NCBI GenBank assembly: GCA_017309275.1
Contig: JAFKLT010000043.1
Span: 24,572-88,571 of the forward strand
DNA from: Sphingomonadales bacterium
GTDB lineage: Bacteria; Pseudomonadota; Alphaproteobacteria; Sphingomonadales; Sphingomonadaceae
DNA: 64,000 nucleotides
Direction: 5' to 3'
Part shown: one piece after another, positions 9,428-19,732 of the stretch
Layout of the letters: each line of letters starts with the position of its first letter
How positions within the stretch are numbered: the stretch's first letter is position 1
Translations under genes and position numbers: made by a program
Notes under the pieces: generated by a model
The model's input: only the letters and a program-made list of their open reading frames with translations
Told to the model about the DNA's origin: nothing
Database searches by the model: none

Positions 9428-10424
9428 GAAAGTCCGATATCGCCGCGGCGGTTTCGTCGGGCGCCTCCTCCATCGGCAGGTGACCGATGCCATCGAGCAG
9501 CACGACTTCGGACCCCGCAATTCGTTCATTGAAGGTCTGCGCCGCGGTCGGATTGATCAGCAGGTCCTTTTTCCCGAACAGGATCAACGTCGGCACCTTT
9601 ATGTCACCGACGCGGTCGGCCATGGCCGGTTCGCGATCCATCTGCGCACGCAGCACCGTTGCCTCGCGATTGCCGGGAAAGCGTAGCAATTCCCAATAGC
9701 GATCGATCATCGCATCATCGACGATGCCCTGTTTCTCGATCGAACCGCGCAGCGATTCCTCGACCAGCGAGCGCGGCGTGATCTGCGTCGCGAGCCAGCG
9801 CCCGAACGGATATTTCAGGATGCGAAAGCCGACGTTCGACGGCGGCGCCTTTTCCCCCTTGCGCAGCGGCATGCCCGACGCATCGATGAGCAGCAGCGCG
9901 TCGACATGCTCCGGCCGCGCGAGCGCATAGCGCCACGCGACCCAACCGCCCATCGAATTGCCGCCGAGGGTGAAATGATCGATCCCCAGCTTCGCCGCGA
10001 CGACATCGACCGCATCGATCATGCCGTCGGCGCCATAGTCCCTGTCGGGTGTTGCGCCGGTCAGGCCGTGCCCCGGCAGGTCGAGGGTGACGATGCGATA
10101 GGTTCCGCCAAGCCGCTTAACCAACGGCTCCCACGTTTGGAGGCTGGCGTTCGATCCGTGAAGAAGGACGACCACCGGGCCGTCGCGCCGGCCCTGATCG
10201 CGGTAATGGATGCGCTGGCCGGCGGGGCCGGCGGCGAAGGTCGCGTCGGGTCCGCCATATTTGGCGATCATCTCGTCCCGGTCGGTATCGCCGGTGCGCA
10301 GCGCGAGGAAGGCAATGAGGATCGCAAGAAGCAGGCCAAGCGGGATCAAGACCCGCTTGCGCCGGAACATCGGCCGCCGCGGCGGCTGGGGTTCGAAATC
10401 ATCCTCGTCGATCGCTTGCATCAT
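9384..10424 (-). CDS. Membrane-anchored alpha/beta hydrolase
   Basis: N-terminal TM segment, LLHGS, DLPGHG, GNSMGG, GHLPMEE; overlaps the convergent gene by 44 bp. Confidence 0.9.
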   Translation of the reverse strand: MMQAIDEDDFEPQPPRRPMFRRKRVLIPLGLLLAILIAFLALRTGDTDRDEMIAKYGGPDATFAAGPAGQRIHYRDQGRRDGPVVVLLHGSNASLQTWEPLVKRLGGTYRIVTLDLPGHGLTGATPDRDYGADGMIDAVDVVAAKLGIDHFTLGGNSMGGWVAWRYALARPEHVDALLLIDASGMPLRKGEKAPPSNVGFRILKYPFGRWLATQITPRSLVEESLRGSIEKQGIVDDAMIDRYWELLRFPGNREATVLRAQMDREPAMADRVGDIKVPTLILFGKKDLLINPTAAQTFNERIAGSEVVLLDGIGHLPMEEAPDETAAAISDFLTRRLVPPADQEKH

Positions 10425-10477
10425 GCCCCCTCAGAGCTTGCCGAGCCTAACCCCTGGGAGCGTTGCGTCAATGCACC

Positions 10478-12157
10478 CTATTGGTGGATCGGTCGGCGGA
10501 ACGTCTCGGGCAGGAACAGCAGGCCGACTATGACGGTGATCACCGCGACGACGACCGGGTACCAGAGGCCGTAATATATATTGCCCGTCGCCGCGACCAT
10601 GGCGAAGGCCGTCGTCGGCAGAAAACCGCCAAACCAGCCGTTGCCGATATGATAGGGCAGCGACATGGCGGTGTAGCGGATGCGGCTGGGAAACAGTTCG
10701 ACCAGCAGCGCGGCGATCGGGCCGTAGACCATCGTCACCAGCAGCACGAGATAGAAGAGGATGGCGACGACCAGCGGCTTGTTCATCGCCGCAGGATCGG
10801 CCTTTGCGGGATAGCCCGCCTCGGCGGTAGCAGCGGCCAGTTCCTTGCGAAACGCCTCGGCAGCGCCCGCGCGATCTTCTTCGGCCAAACGCCAGGGATC
10901 GTGTGCGATCAGCACGCGCTTGCCGATCCAGACGTCGGTCGGCTGGCCCGTCATGCGCGGACGCGTCACGCTGGTATAGCTGACCCCCGCCTTTGCGAGC
11001 GCCGATTTGGCGATGTCACAGCCGGTGCTTTCGAATTTGTTCTTGCCGACCGGATCGAACTGGAAGGCGCAGGAGCCCGGATCGGCGGTGACCGTCACCG
11101 CCGCGGTCTGCTGCGCCGTTGCCATCGCGGGATTCGCCGCGCTGGTGAGCAACTGGAACGCCGGGAAATAAGTGAGCGCGGCGAGCGCGCAGCCCGCCAG
11201 GATGATCGGCTTGCGCCCGATACGGTCGCTCAGCCAGCCAAAGAGGATGAAGAATGGCGTGCCGAGCGCGAGCGCGATGGCGATCAATATGTTCGCGGTC
11301 GCACCGTCGACCTTCAGCGTCTTTTCGAGGAAGAAGAGCGCGTAGAATTGCCCCGAGTACCAGACCACCGCCTGTCCCGCGACCGCGCCGAACAGCGCGA
11401 CGACAACCCATTTCAGGTTCGCCCAGCGACCGAAGGCTTCGGTAAGCGGGGCTTTCGAGGTCGTCCCCTCTTCCTTCATCTGCTTGAAGACCGGGCTTTC
11501 CTCGAGTTGCAGGCGAATCCACAACGACACGCCGAGCAGGATGATCGAGATCAGGAACGGGAGGCGCCAGGCCCAGGTGGTGAAGGCTTCTTCGCCAAGG
11601 ACTGAGCGTGTCACGATGACGACGAGCAGCGCGGCGAACAGGCCGAGCGTCGCCGTCGTCTGGATGAAGCTGGTGAAAAGCCCGCGCTTTCCCTCGGGCG
11701 CATGCTCGGCGACATAGGTCGCGGCGCCGCCATATTCGCCCCCGAGCGCCAGCCCCTGAAGCAGGCGAAGCCCGACCAGCATCGCGGGCGCAGCGACGCC
11801 GATCGACGCATAGTTGGGCAGCACGCCGACGAGGAAGGTCGACAGGCCCATCAGGCCCATGGTGACGAGAAAGGTGTTCTTGCGCCCGACAAGGTCGCCG
11901 ATGCGCCCGAAGAAGAGCGCGCCGAAGGGCCTTACCGCAAAACCCGCGGCAAAGGCCGCGAGCGCGAAGATGAAGCCGGTCGTCTCGTTGACGCCCGAAA
12001 AGAATTGCGCCGAGATGATCGTCGCAAGCAGGCCGTAAAGGTAGAAATCATACCATTCGAAGATCGTACCAAGCGACGAGGCAAGGATGACCTTGCGCTC
12101 GCTCTGCCTGCGGTCGGCCGGTATCGCCCCTGCCCCAATCCCTGCGCCGTCCGTCAT
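10478..12157 (-). CDS. MFS transporter, metabolite:H+ symporter family
   Basis: SSLGTIFEWYDF, RPFGALFFGRIGDLVGRK, LQGLALGGEYGGAATYVAEH, ELFPSRIRY. Confidence 0.93.
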   Translation of the reverse strand: MTDGAGIGAGAIPADRRQSERKVILASSLGTIFEWYDFYLYGLLATIISAQFFSGVNETTGFIFALAAFAAGFAVRPFGALFFGRIGDLVGRKNTFLVTMGLMGLSTFLVGVLPNYASIGVAAPAMLVGLRLLQGLALGGEYGGAATYVAEHAPEGKRGLFTSFIQTTATLGLFAALLVVIVTRSVLGEEAFTTWAWRLPFLISIILLGVSLWIRLQLEESPVFKQMKEEGTTSKAPLTEAFGRWANLKWVVVALFGAVAGQAVVWYSGQFYALFFLEKTLKVDGATANILIAIALALGTPFFILFGWLSDRIGRKPIILAGCALAALTYFPAFQLLTSAANPAMATAQQTAAVTVTADPGSCAFQFDPVGKNKFESTGCDIAKSALAKAGVSYTSVTRPRMTGQPTDVWIGKRVLIAHDPWRLAEEDRAGAAEAFRKELAAATAEAGYPAKADPAAMNKPLVVAILFYLVLLVTMVYGPIAALLVELFPSRIRYTAMSLPYHIGNGWFGGFLPTTAFAMVAATGNIYYGLWYPVVVAVITVIVGLLFLPETFRRPIHQ

Positions 12158-12209
12158 CCGCTGCCCCTTCGTGCTTATCGAACGAAGGGTAGCGGATGGA
12201 CGGTTGGGG

Positions 12210-13601
12210 TCAACCGACGCGCTTCACCGCGCCCTTGTGCGCGCCGACCTTGCCGCGATTCGGACGGAAGCGGCGCTTGCGCTGCGGCTGGCCGTCGGCG
12301 GCTGGGCCTTCACGGCGCGGACCACGCTCGCCGCGCGGCTGACCGCCGCCACGGTTCGCATCGCCACGACCGGCCACCGCTTCCTCGCGCTGGCGCTGCG
12401 GATTGCGGCCCTTGCTGCCGGTGTCGCGCGGCGGCTGGACGGGCTTCGGCAGGTTACGCACCAGCTCGCTGAAATTCTCGGGCAGCGGCATCGGCTCCGA
12501 CTTCGTCCGCGTCACGCGTTCGATGTCGCGCATATAGGGACGCTCGTCGGGCGCGATGAAGCTGATCGCCATGCCCTCCGCGCCGGCGCGCGCGGTGCGG
12601 CCGATGCGGTGGACATATTGTTCGGGCACGTTCGGAATCTCGAAGTTGATGACATGGCTGACGCCCGACACGTCGATCCCGCGCGCGGCGATATCGGTCG
12701 CGACGAGCAGCTTGATGTCGCCCGAGCGGAAGGCCTGCAACGCATGGGTGCGCTGCGCCTGGCTCTTGTTGCCGTGGATCGCCATCGCCTTGATCTTGGC
12801 GCCGGCGAGGTGGCGCACGACGCGATCGGCGCCATGCTTGGTACGGGTGAAGATCAGCGCGCGATCGATATTCTCGCGGTTCACGACGGCGGTCAGCAGC
12901 GCCTGCTTTTCCTTCTGTTCGACGAAGGTCGAGAACTGACGGATCTTTTCCGCGGTCGTCGCCTGCGGGGCGACCGACACCGTGACCGGATCGTTCAGGA
13001 ACTGGTCGGCAAGGCCCGCGATTTCCTTTGGCATCGTCGCCGAGAAGAAAAGATTCTGGCGGCGCGACGGCAGCAGCTTGGCGATGCGGCGCAGCGAATG
13101 GATAAAGCCCATGTCCATCATCTGGTCGGCTTCATCGAGCACGAAAATCTCGACATCGTCGAGGCGCAGGGCACGCTGTTCGATCAGGTCGAGCAGACGG
13201 CCCGGCGTGGCGACGAGGATGTCGACGCCCTGCGACAGGTCGCGGATCTGCTTGTTGATCGGCACGCCGCCGAACACGGTCGAGACCGACAGCTTGGTAA
13301 AGCGGCCATAGTCGCGGCAGCTTTGCGCGATCTGCGCGGCCAGTTCGCGCGTCGGCGACAGAACCAGCATGCGGCAGCTACGCGGGTTCGCGCGGTGCGG
13401 ATAGGTCAGCAGGTGGTGGATCGACGGCAGCGAAAAGGCCGCGGTCTTGCCGGTACCGGTCTGCGCGATGCCGCACAGGTCGCGGCCCTGTTTCAGGACC
13501 GGGATCGCCTGAAGCTGGATCGGGGTCGGCTGGGTATAATCCTTGGCGGCGAGGGCGCGATTGATATCGGCGTGCAGGCCAAAGTCATTGAAAGTCGTCA
13601 T
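12210..13601 (-). CDS. rhlE: DEAD-box RNA helicase (RhlE-like)
   Basis: Q motif PTPIQ, AQTGTGKT, PTRELA, TPGRLLD, DEAD, SAT, HRIGRTARAG; Arg/Gly-rich C-terminal tail. Confidence 0.9.
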   Translation of the reverse strand: MTTFNDFGLHADINRALAAKDYTQPTPIQLQAIPVLKQGRDLCGIAQTGTGKTAAFSLPSIHHLLTYPHRANPRSCRMLVLSPTRELAAQIAQSCRDYGRFTKLSVSTVFGGVPINKQIRDLSQGVDILVATPGRLLDLIEQRALRLDDVEIFVLDEADQMMDMGFIHSLRRIAKLLPSRRQNLFFSATMPKEIAGLADQFLNDPVTVSVAPQATTAEKIRQFSTFVEQKEKQALLTAVVNRENIDRALIFTRTKHGADRVVRHLAGAKIKAMAIHGNKSQAQRTHALQAFRSGDIKLLVATDIAARGIDVSGVSHVINFEIPNVPEQYVHRIGRTARAGAEGMAISFIAPDERPYMRDIERVTRTKSEPMPLPENFSELVRNLPKPVQPPRDTGSKGRNPQRQREEAVAGRGDANRGGGQPRGERGPRREGPAADGQPQRKRRFRPNRGKVGAHKGAVKRVG

Positions 13602-13800
13602 AATTTACTCACATAGGGCGACGCGCACAGCGTCCGTTCGCATCGAACGGACGGCGCACGGCCGCGGGTTCGAAACGACCCGCGTGAAAGGGTGCCTCTG
13701 GGGACAAAGCGCTGGTCCGGCTCGTCCCGCGCCTGTGTTGGGCGGGAAAATCACGCTGCCGGTGGTTGCGGCGGGTGGTCCCGCCATGCTGCGCTGCACA
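13602..13800 (-). ncRNA. Structured 5' leader of the helicase gene (candidate)
   Basis: 10-bp stem at 13631-13653 (CGTCCGTTCG-cat-CGAACGGACG) and 7-bp stem at 13663-13684 in a long 5' region. Confidence 0.4.
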
Positions 13801-13909
13801 ATATATGGCACAGCGCGCGCAATTTTGCAAGGTGGTTACGAATGTAAGTATCGCGCGGCTTGTCGGCAGCGCTTTCTTTCTGCATCAAAAGCGAAAGAGG
13901 GAGAGCATC

Positions 13910-15382
13910 ATGGCCGAGAAGATCATCGTCATCGACGAGGGAACCACCTCGACCCGCACGATGCTTTTCGCGGTCGACGGCACTCCGCTCGGCAGCGCGC
14001 AGCGCGAATTCCGCCAGTATTATCCGGGACCGGGTCTCGTCGAGCATGATGCCGCCGAAATCTGGGCCGCGACGCTGGCCTGTACGCGCGAGATGATCGC
14101 GCAGGCGGGCGGCGCAAGCGCGGTCGCCGCGATCGGCATCACGAACCAGCGCGAGACGGTCGTCTTCTGGGACCGCAGGACCGGCGAACCGCTCGCCCCC
14201 GCGATCGTCTGGCAGGACCGTCGCTCGGCCGCCGACTGCGCCGCGCTGAAGGATGCGGGGCATGAGGCGATGGCACAGGCCAAGACCGGCCTGCTGCTCG
14301 ATCCCTATTTCTCCGGCACCAAGATCGGCTGGGCGCTGAACCATTGGCCGCAGCTCAAGGAAGCGGGCGAGCATCTGGCCGTCGGGACGATCGAATCCTA
14401 TCTGGTCTATCGCCTGACGGGCGGCGTCCATGTCACCGACGCCAGCAACGCGTCGCGCACGCTGTTGATGGACATCAACGGCCAAGGCGGATGGGATGCC
14501 GAACTGTGCGACCTGCTGGGCGTGCCGATGAACCTGTTGCCCGAAATCACCGGTTGTACGACGACGGTCGGAACGACCGACCCCGCGCTGTTCGGCGGCG
14601 CGATCCCGATTTGCGGCATGGCGGGCGACCAGCAGGCCGCGACGATCGGCCAGGCCTGCCTGTCGCCGGGCCAGACCAAGGCCACCTTCGGCACCGGCGC
14701 CTTCATCCTGTCGGCAAGCGGGACCACGCGGCCGCAATCGAACAACCGCCTGCTCGCTACGGTGCTGGTCCAGGAAGGCGATGTCCGGTCCTATGCACTC
14801 GAAGGATCGGTGTTCGTCGCGGGCAGCCTGATCAAATGGCTGCGCGACGGGCTGGGCCTGCTCGCCAGCGCGAGCGAGAGCGAGGGGCTCGCGCGTTCGG
14901 TCGCCGACAATGGCGGGGTCTATCTGGTCCCTGCCCTCGCCGGGCTCGGCGCGCCGCACTGGCGGCCCGACGCGCTGGCGGCGCTATCGGGGCTGAGTTT
15001 CGCGAGCGGCAAGGCGCATGTCGCGCGCGCCGCGCTGGAGGCGCAGGCCTATCAGGCGCACGACCTGAAATCGGCCTTCGCCGCCGACGGCGTCGACTGG
15101 GCCGAGGTGCGCATCGACGGCGGCATGGCCGCGAACGACTGGATGGCGCAGGATCTGGCCGACATGCTGAACATATCGGTCGAGCGGCCGGATTTCGTGG
15201 AGAGCACGGCGCTGGGCGCCGCGATGCTCGCCGCGACGGGCGCGGGGCTATATGCCGACCTTGCAAGCGCCGCCGCGGCGATGCGCGGCACCGCGACCCG
15301 CTTCACGCCCGCGCTCGATGCCGAGAAACGCAAAACGCGCCTTGCCGGCTGGCAAAGCGCGCTTGCAAAAGTCTTGAGCTGA
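13910..15382 (+). CDS. glpK: Glycerol kinase (FGGY family)
   Basis: IDEGTTSTR, IGITNQRET, IVWQDRR, DPYFSGTK, TDASNASRT, GDQQAA, KATFGTGAF, DGGM; AGAGGGAG RBS. Confidence 0.93.
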   Translation: MAEKIIVIDEGTTSTRTMLFAVDGTPLGSAQREFRQYYPGPGLVEHDAAEIWAATLACTREMIAQAGGASAVAAIGITNQRETVVFWDRRTGEPLAPAIVWQDRRSAADCAALKDAGHEAMAQAKTGLLLDPYFSGTKIGWALNHWPQLKEAGEHLAVGTIESYLVYRLTGGVHVTDASNASRTLLMDINGQGGWDAELCDLLGVPMNLLPEITGCTTTVGTTDPALFGGAIPICGMAGDQQAATIGQACLSPGQTKATFGTGAFILSASGTTRPQSNNRLLATVLVQEGDVRSYALEGSVFVAGSLIKWLRDGLGLLASASESEGLARSVADNGGVYLVPALAGLGAPHWRPDALAALSGLSFASGKAHVARAALEAQAYQAHDLKSAFAADGVDWAEVRIDGGMAANDWMAQDLADMLNISVERPDFVESTALGAAMLAATGAGLYADLASAAAAMRGTATRFTPALDAEKRKTRLAGWQSALAKVLS

Positions 15383-15391
15383 AGCCGAAGC

Positions 15392-15619
15392 TTAGCGCTT
15401 GAGGGTGAGGCCACCGAAGCGCTTGTTGAACTTCGCAACCTGACCGCCCGCGTCGAGCATACGGCCCGTGCCGCCGGTCCATGCCGGGTGCGCGGTCGGA
15501 TCGATTTCGAGCGTCATCACGTCGCCTTCCTTACCCCAGGTCGAGCGCGTCTGATATTCGGTGCCGTCGGTCATCTTGACCGTGATCATGTGGTAAGCGG
15601 GGTGAATGTCTTTTTTCAT
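15392..15619 (-). CDS. rpmE: 50S ribosomal protein L31 (Cys-free type)
   Basis: [10 protein letters not shown]...HPAWTG...[10 protein letters not shown]. Confidence 0.96.
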   Translation of the reverse strand: MKKDIHPAYHMITVKMTDGTEYQTRSTWGKEGDVMTLEIDPTAHPAWTGGTGRMLDAGGQVAKFNKRFGGLTLKR

Positions 15620-15698
15620 GTCTCTGGGCTCCTGCGCCACTGGTTTCCGACCAGCGGCTGAGTCGATGCTTCCCCGTCCGGGGCCGCGAAGCGGCGTC

Positions 15699-15726
15699 CC
15701 CTAACGGCGAATAGCGTAAAATGCAA
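15699..15726 (-). promoter_or_regulatory. Housekeeping sigma70-type promoter of rpmE
   Basis: Minus strand TTGCAT-N16-TTAGGG; similar TTG...TA elements precede pyrH, rpsB and icd. Confidence 0.5.
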
Positions 15727-15736
15727 CACCCTCGCT

Positions 15737-15808
15737 CGTCATCCGGACTTGATCCGGAATCGATCGCGGCGCTGACGGAATGGACCCCGGATCGAATCCC
15801 GGGTGCCG
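15737..15808. repeat. REP-like palindromic element (degenerate)
   Basis: CGTCATCCGGACTTGATCCGGAAT...TGGACCCCGGATCGAATCCCGGGTGCCG; imperfect inverted repeat at the 3' end of fabZ. Confidence 0.6.
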
Positions 15809-15822
15809 AAGAGCGATATGGC

Positions 15823-16302
15823 TTATTCGCTCGGCGGGTCGGCGATCATCGCGGTGAACTGGCATTCGGTGGCCAGTTGGCCATCGAGCATCGCCCGTCC
15901 CTCGAACTTGCAGATATTCCGCTTCGCCTGAAGGATGTTCACGTGCAGGTCGAGCAGATGGCCCGGTTCCACGGGCTTGCGGAACTTGATGCCGTCGATG
16001 CTCATGAAATAGACGAGCTTGCCCGAACCCGCGAGGCCCATCGATTCGATCGCCAGCACGCCGCCGGCCTGCGCCAGCGCCTCGACGATGAGGACGCCGG
16101 GCATGATCGGCCGGCCGGGGAAATGGCCCTGAAAGAAGGGCTCGTTCATCGTCACCGCCTTGACCGCGTGGATCGAGGTGTCTTTCACCATCGATACCAC
16201 CCGGTCGACGAGCAGCATCGGATAACGATGCGGCAACAGGCTGAGGACACGGCGGATATCCGCCGAGCCCATAGCTTCGCCCACGCTTTCCCCGTCCGTC
16301 AT
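15823..16302 (-). CDS. fabZ: 3-hydroxyacyl-ACP dehydratase
   Basis: [43 protein letters not shown]. Confidence 0.97.
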   Translation of the reverse strand: MTDGESVGEAMGSADIRRVLSLLPHRYPMLLVDRVVSMVKDTSIHAVKAVTMNEPFFQGHFPGRPIMPGVLIVEALAQAGGVLAIESMGLAGSGKLVYFMSIDGIKFRKPVEPGHLLDLHVNILQAKRNICKFEGRAMLDGQLATECQFTAMIADPPSE

Positions 16303-16307
16303 GATCT

Positions 16308-16994
16308 TTAGCGGGTGGTCGGCGGGGTGCCGGCCGGTGCCGGAGCGGCCGCGCCCGGCTGCGCGGCGCGGGCCGCTTCCATCAGCTGCTGGTTACGCTG
16401 CTGAACGAGCTGACCCGGCTGGTAACCGGCGGGCACCGCGATCGACACGTTGGGCAGGATGCGGTTGAGTTCGGTCACGACGGCATCGGTGATGTCGACG
16501 TTGTTCTCGCGCGCCAGAACCGCTTCGGGGTTCAGCAGAAGGTCGACCTTCTTCGCGGTCATCGCGGCCTTGATCGCTTCGTTCATGCGAACGCTGATCT
16601 GGTCTTCGACATACGCGATCGCGAGTTCGACCGGCGCGCCGATCTGCGCGAGTTCGGTCTGCGCTGCGCGCTGCTTGTCCTGGACAGCCTTGCCGGCGGC
16701 CTGCACGGCGGCTTCGTTGCGCGGGGTCTTCTTCGTCTCTTCGTTATATTTGGCGATCAGGACGTTCATTTCGGCCTGCAGCGTCTGACCGCGGGTGTTC
16801 TGCTGGTCGATCTGAGCCTTGTAGGTGGTTTCGATCTGCTGCGTGGCGACAGTGAAGGCGTTCGACTTGCCGGCGGCGACGCGGACGTCGGCAACCGCGG
16901 TGGCGCGGGCCTGGGCAGCGGCAGGAGCAGCGAACATGGGCGATACGGAGACGCTGGCGATCGCCAGCGCCGAAGCGACGAGAATTTTCTTCAT
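16308..16994 (-). CDS. skp: OmpH/Skp periplasmic chaperone
   Basis: Signal peptide, coiled-coil body, [11 protein letters not shown]; canonical position between bamA and fabZ. Confidence 0.85.
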   Translation of the reverse strand: MKKILVASALAIASVSVSPMFAAPAAAQARATAVADVRVAAGKSNAFTVATQQIETTYKAQIDQQNTRGQTLQAEMNVLIAKYNEETKKTPRNEAAVQAAGKAVQDKQRAAQTELAQIGAPVELAIAYVEDQISVRMNEAIKAAMTAKKVDLLLNPEAVLARENNVDITDAVVTELNRILPNVSIAVPAGYQPGQLVQQRNQQLMEAARAAQPGAAAPAPAGTPPTTR

Positions 16995-19660
16995 TAGAAT
17001 TGTGTTCCTACGTTGAATGAGAAGCGTTTGGTGTCATCGCCCTCTTCTTTGCGAAGGGCGTAAGCGAAGTCGATCCGGAAGGGACCGAAAGGCGAGTTCC
17101 AGTTGACGCCCGCGCCGATCGAGACGCGCGGGAGCCAAGTGTCGCCAAAATAGCGTTCCTCGAACGGCGAGAGTTCCGAGAAGCCGTTGGCCGTATCGCA
17201 CGTCGAATAGCGCGTGCTGCCCGCCGTAAGCGTCGCGAACGTCTTTTCGCCGGTGCTCGCCTTGCGGCACAGCGACTTGGTGTTGCCGTCCAGCGGATCC
17301 TTGAAATCGGCCAAGGTGGTCAGCGTCGGGCGACGAACGCCGAACACCGAACCCACGTCGAGGAAGACCGACGGACGCAGGCCGAGTTCCTTGGCACCGG
17401 TGCCGAGCGGAATGTCGACCTCGACCCGGCCCTGATAATAGGCACGGCCGCCGAGCGCGTCGTCGACGCGGCCGTTCCGACCGCTGAGGTCGGTGTTGAG
17501 GATCGGGTTGGCCGGATCGGTCAGGTCGACGTCGGCATAGCGGATGACGCGCGGGCCGATGCCGCGAATGTCGAAGCCGCGCATCTGCGGTTCGCCCAGG
17601 AAGAAGCGGTCGGTCAGGCGGACCTTGTCGCTCGTCGGCGTCGGGCGGCTGCCGAAGGGATAGATATAGCCACCCTCTGCCGAGATATTGAGGATGAAGC
17701 GGCTGCCGAGGTTGAAGTGCTTCGACGCGTTCGCACGGGTGCGCGCATATTTGACGCTGCCACCGAGGCCCGCGAAATCCTGGCTCAGCGAGAAGGACTG
17801 ACCGCGCGTCGGACGCAGGCGATTGTCGCGATCGTCATAGGCGAAGGTATAGCCGATCAGCGAGGTCGTGCGCTTGCCGATCGCGTCGCAGAGATAACGG
17901 CCCGCGATCAGCGGATCGCACTCGTTGCCGAAATAATAGAGCGACTTGTCGAGCGACACATCGTCATAGTTCAGGCTGTAGCGCCCGAACATCGACATGA
18001 ATTCGGTCAGAGGGACACCGACGTTGACCTGGAAGCCGGTCGTCACCTGTTGGAAGGTGGTGCGGCGGTCGTTGTTGATGAAGTTGAACGAGTTGAGGTC
18101 GCGGCGATAGACGCTGCCGCCGATCGAGATGTTGCGATCGAACAGATAGGGTTCGGTGAAACCGAGTTCGATCGACTTCGAATAGCTCGAATAATTGACC
18201 GATGCCTGAAGCTGCTGTCCCAGACCGCGGAAGTTGCGCTGGCGGACCGACGCCTGGAGGAGGAAATTCTCGATCGACGAGAAGCCGGCCGACAGCGAAA
18301 GCTCACCCGTCGGCTTTTCCTCGACATTGGTTTCGAGGATGATGCGATCGGGGGTCGAGCCTTCCTTGCGCTCGATCTCCAGATTTTCCTGGAAATAGCC
18401 GAGGCTGTTGAGGCGATTCTCGGTACGCTTGACGGCGAAGCTGTTGAACGCGTCGCCTTCGTTGAGGCGGAATTCGCGGCGCACGACCTTGTCGTGGGTC
18501 AGCGTGTTGCCGTTGACGTCGATGCGTTCGACATAGGTACGCGGGCTTTCGCCGACGTTGAAGGTGATCGCCATCGTCCGCGTTTCGGGGTCGCGGCGGA
18601 ATTCGGGGTTGATGTCGGCGAAGGCGTAACCGAACAGGCCGGCCGTTTCGCTGAGGCTTTCGACCGTGTCCTCGACCAGCTTGGCGTCGTACCAGTCGTC
18701 CTTTTTCATCGGCAGCAGCTTCTTCAGCATCTCCGGCTGGAAGTCGCGCAGCTCGCTCTTCACGTCGACGTCGCCGAACTTGTAGCGTTCGCCTTCCTCG
18801 ACGACGTAGGTGATGATGAAGTCCTGCTTGTTGCTGGTCAGCTCGGCGACCGCCGAGATGACGCGGAAGTCGGCATAGCCGTTCTGCAGGTAGAAGAGAC
18901 GCAGCTTCTGCTGGTCGTAGGCGAGACGATCGGGATCGTAGCTGGTGTTCGACGACAGGATCGTCAGCAGACCCGATTCCTTGGTCGCCATTTCGTCCTT
19001 GAGGTCGCCGTCGCTGAACTTTTCATTGCCCAGGATGTTGATCTGGCGGACCTTCGACTTCGGCCCCTCGTTGATTTCGAACACCACGTCGACGCGGTTC
19101 TGGTCGAGCTGAACCATCTTCGGCTCGACGGTCGCGGCGAAGCGGCCCTGGCGCTTGTAGAGTTCGATGATGCGCGCGACGTCGGCGCGAACTTTCGAGC
19201 GGGTGAAGATCTGGCGCGGCGCCAGCTTGATCTCGGGCCGGATCTTGTCTTCCTTCAGGCGCTTGTTGCCTTCCAGGATGACGCGGTTGATCACCGGGTT
19301 CTCGACGACCTGAATGGTGAGCGCACCATTGTCGTCGTTGATCTGGTAATCCTTGAACAGCTCGGTCGCGGCCAGATCCTTCAGCGCCTGGTCGAGTACC
19401 GACCGGTCATAGCTCTGACCCACGCGCAGGCGCAGGTACGACAGGATCGTCTGCGCCTCCAGACGCTGGTTGCCGGTGACCGTGATCGACTTGATCGTCG
19501 AGGCCGACACGGCGGCTTCGGTGGCGGGAGCGGGAACGGTGGGCGGTGCGACCTGCTGCGCCTGCACCGACGCGGCGGGCCATGCCAGCATCGTTCCTGC
19601 CATGAGGAGTACGGATAGCTGGGTCCGACCCTTGAAGTTCTGTGAAGCCACGCTGTTCAT
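16994..19660 (-). CDS. bamA: Outer-membrane protein assembly factor BamA
   Basis: POTRA repeats (GNQRLE, GNKRL, GNEKF, GNTLT), EKPTGELSLSAGFSS, QMRGF, SPFGP, terminal FNVGTQF; start codon approximate. Confidence 0.97.
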   Translation of the reverse strand: MNSVASQNFKGRTQLSVLLMAGTMLAWPAASVQAQQVAPPTVPAPATEAAVSASTIKSITVTGNQRLEAQTILSYLRLRVGQSYDRSVLDQALKDLAATELFKDYQINDDNGALTIQVVENPVINRVILEGNKRLKEDKIRPEIKLAPRQIFTRSKVRADVARIIELYKRQGRFAATVEPKMVQLDQNRVDVVFEINEGPKSKVRQINILGNEKFSDGDLKDEMATKESGLLTILSSNTSYDPDRLAYDQQKLRLFYLQNGYADFRVISAVAELTSNKQDFIITYVVEEGERYKFGDVDVKSELRDFQPEMLKKLLPMKKDDWYDAKLVEDTVESLSETAGLFGYAFADINPEFRRDPETRTMAITFNVGESPRTYVERIDVNGNTLTHDKVVRREFRLNEGDAFNSFAVKRTENRLNSLGYFQENLEIERKEGSTPDRIILETNVEEKPTGELSLSAGFSSIENFLLQASVRQRNFRGLGQQLQASVNYSSYSKSIELGFTEPYLFDRNISIGGSVYRRDLNSFNFINNDRRTTFQQVTTGFQVNVGVPLTEFMSMFGRYSLNYDDVSLDKSLYYFGNECDPLIAGRYLCDAIGKRTTSLIGYTFAYDDRDNRLRPTRGQSFSLSQDFAGLGGSVKYARTRANASKHFNLGSRFILNISAEGGYIYPFGSRPTPTSDKVRLTDRFFLGEPQMRGFDIRGIGPRVIRYADVDLTDPANPILNTDLSGRNGRVDDALGGRAYYQGRVEVDIPLGTGAKELGLRPSVFLDVGSVFGVRRPTLTTLADFKDPLDGNTKSLCRKASTGEKTFATLTAGSTRYSTCDTANGFSELSPFEERYFGDTWLPRVSIGAGVNWNSPFGPFRIDFAYALRKEEGDDTKRFSFNVGTQF

Positions 19661-19732
19661 CCCGCAAAAATAACTCAAAAGCGACGAACCCGCGTGGACG
19701 CGGGATCGGCGCAACTCCCTGCCCCAGTCCGT

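Noticed and set aside
13660-13690. GGGTTCGAAAC resembling a tRNA T-loop
   Set aside because: No acceptor, D or anticodon arms can be folded around it; it is a simple hairpin.
15392-15619. Zinc-free L31 as a zinc-starvation paralogue
   Set aside because: Cys-free L31 is the normal form in Alphaproteobacteria, and no Zur box was seen.
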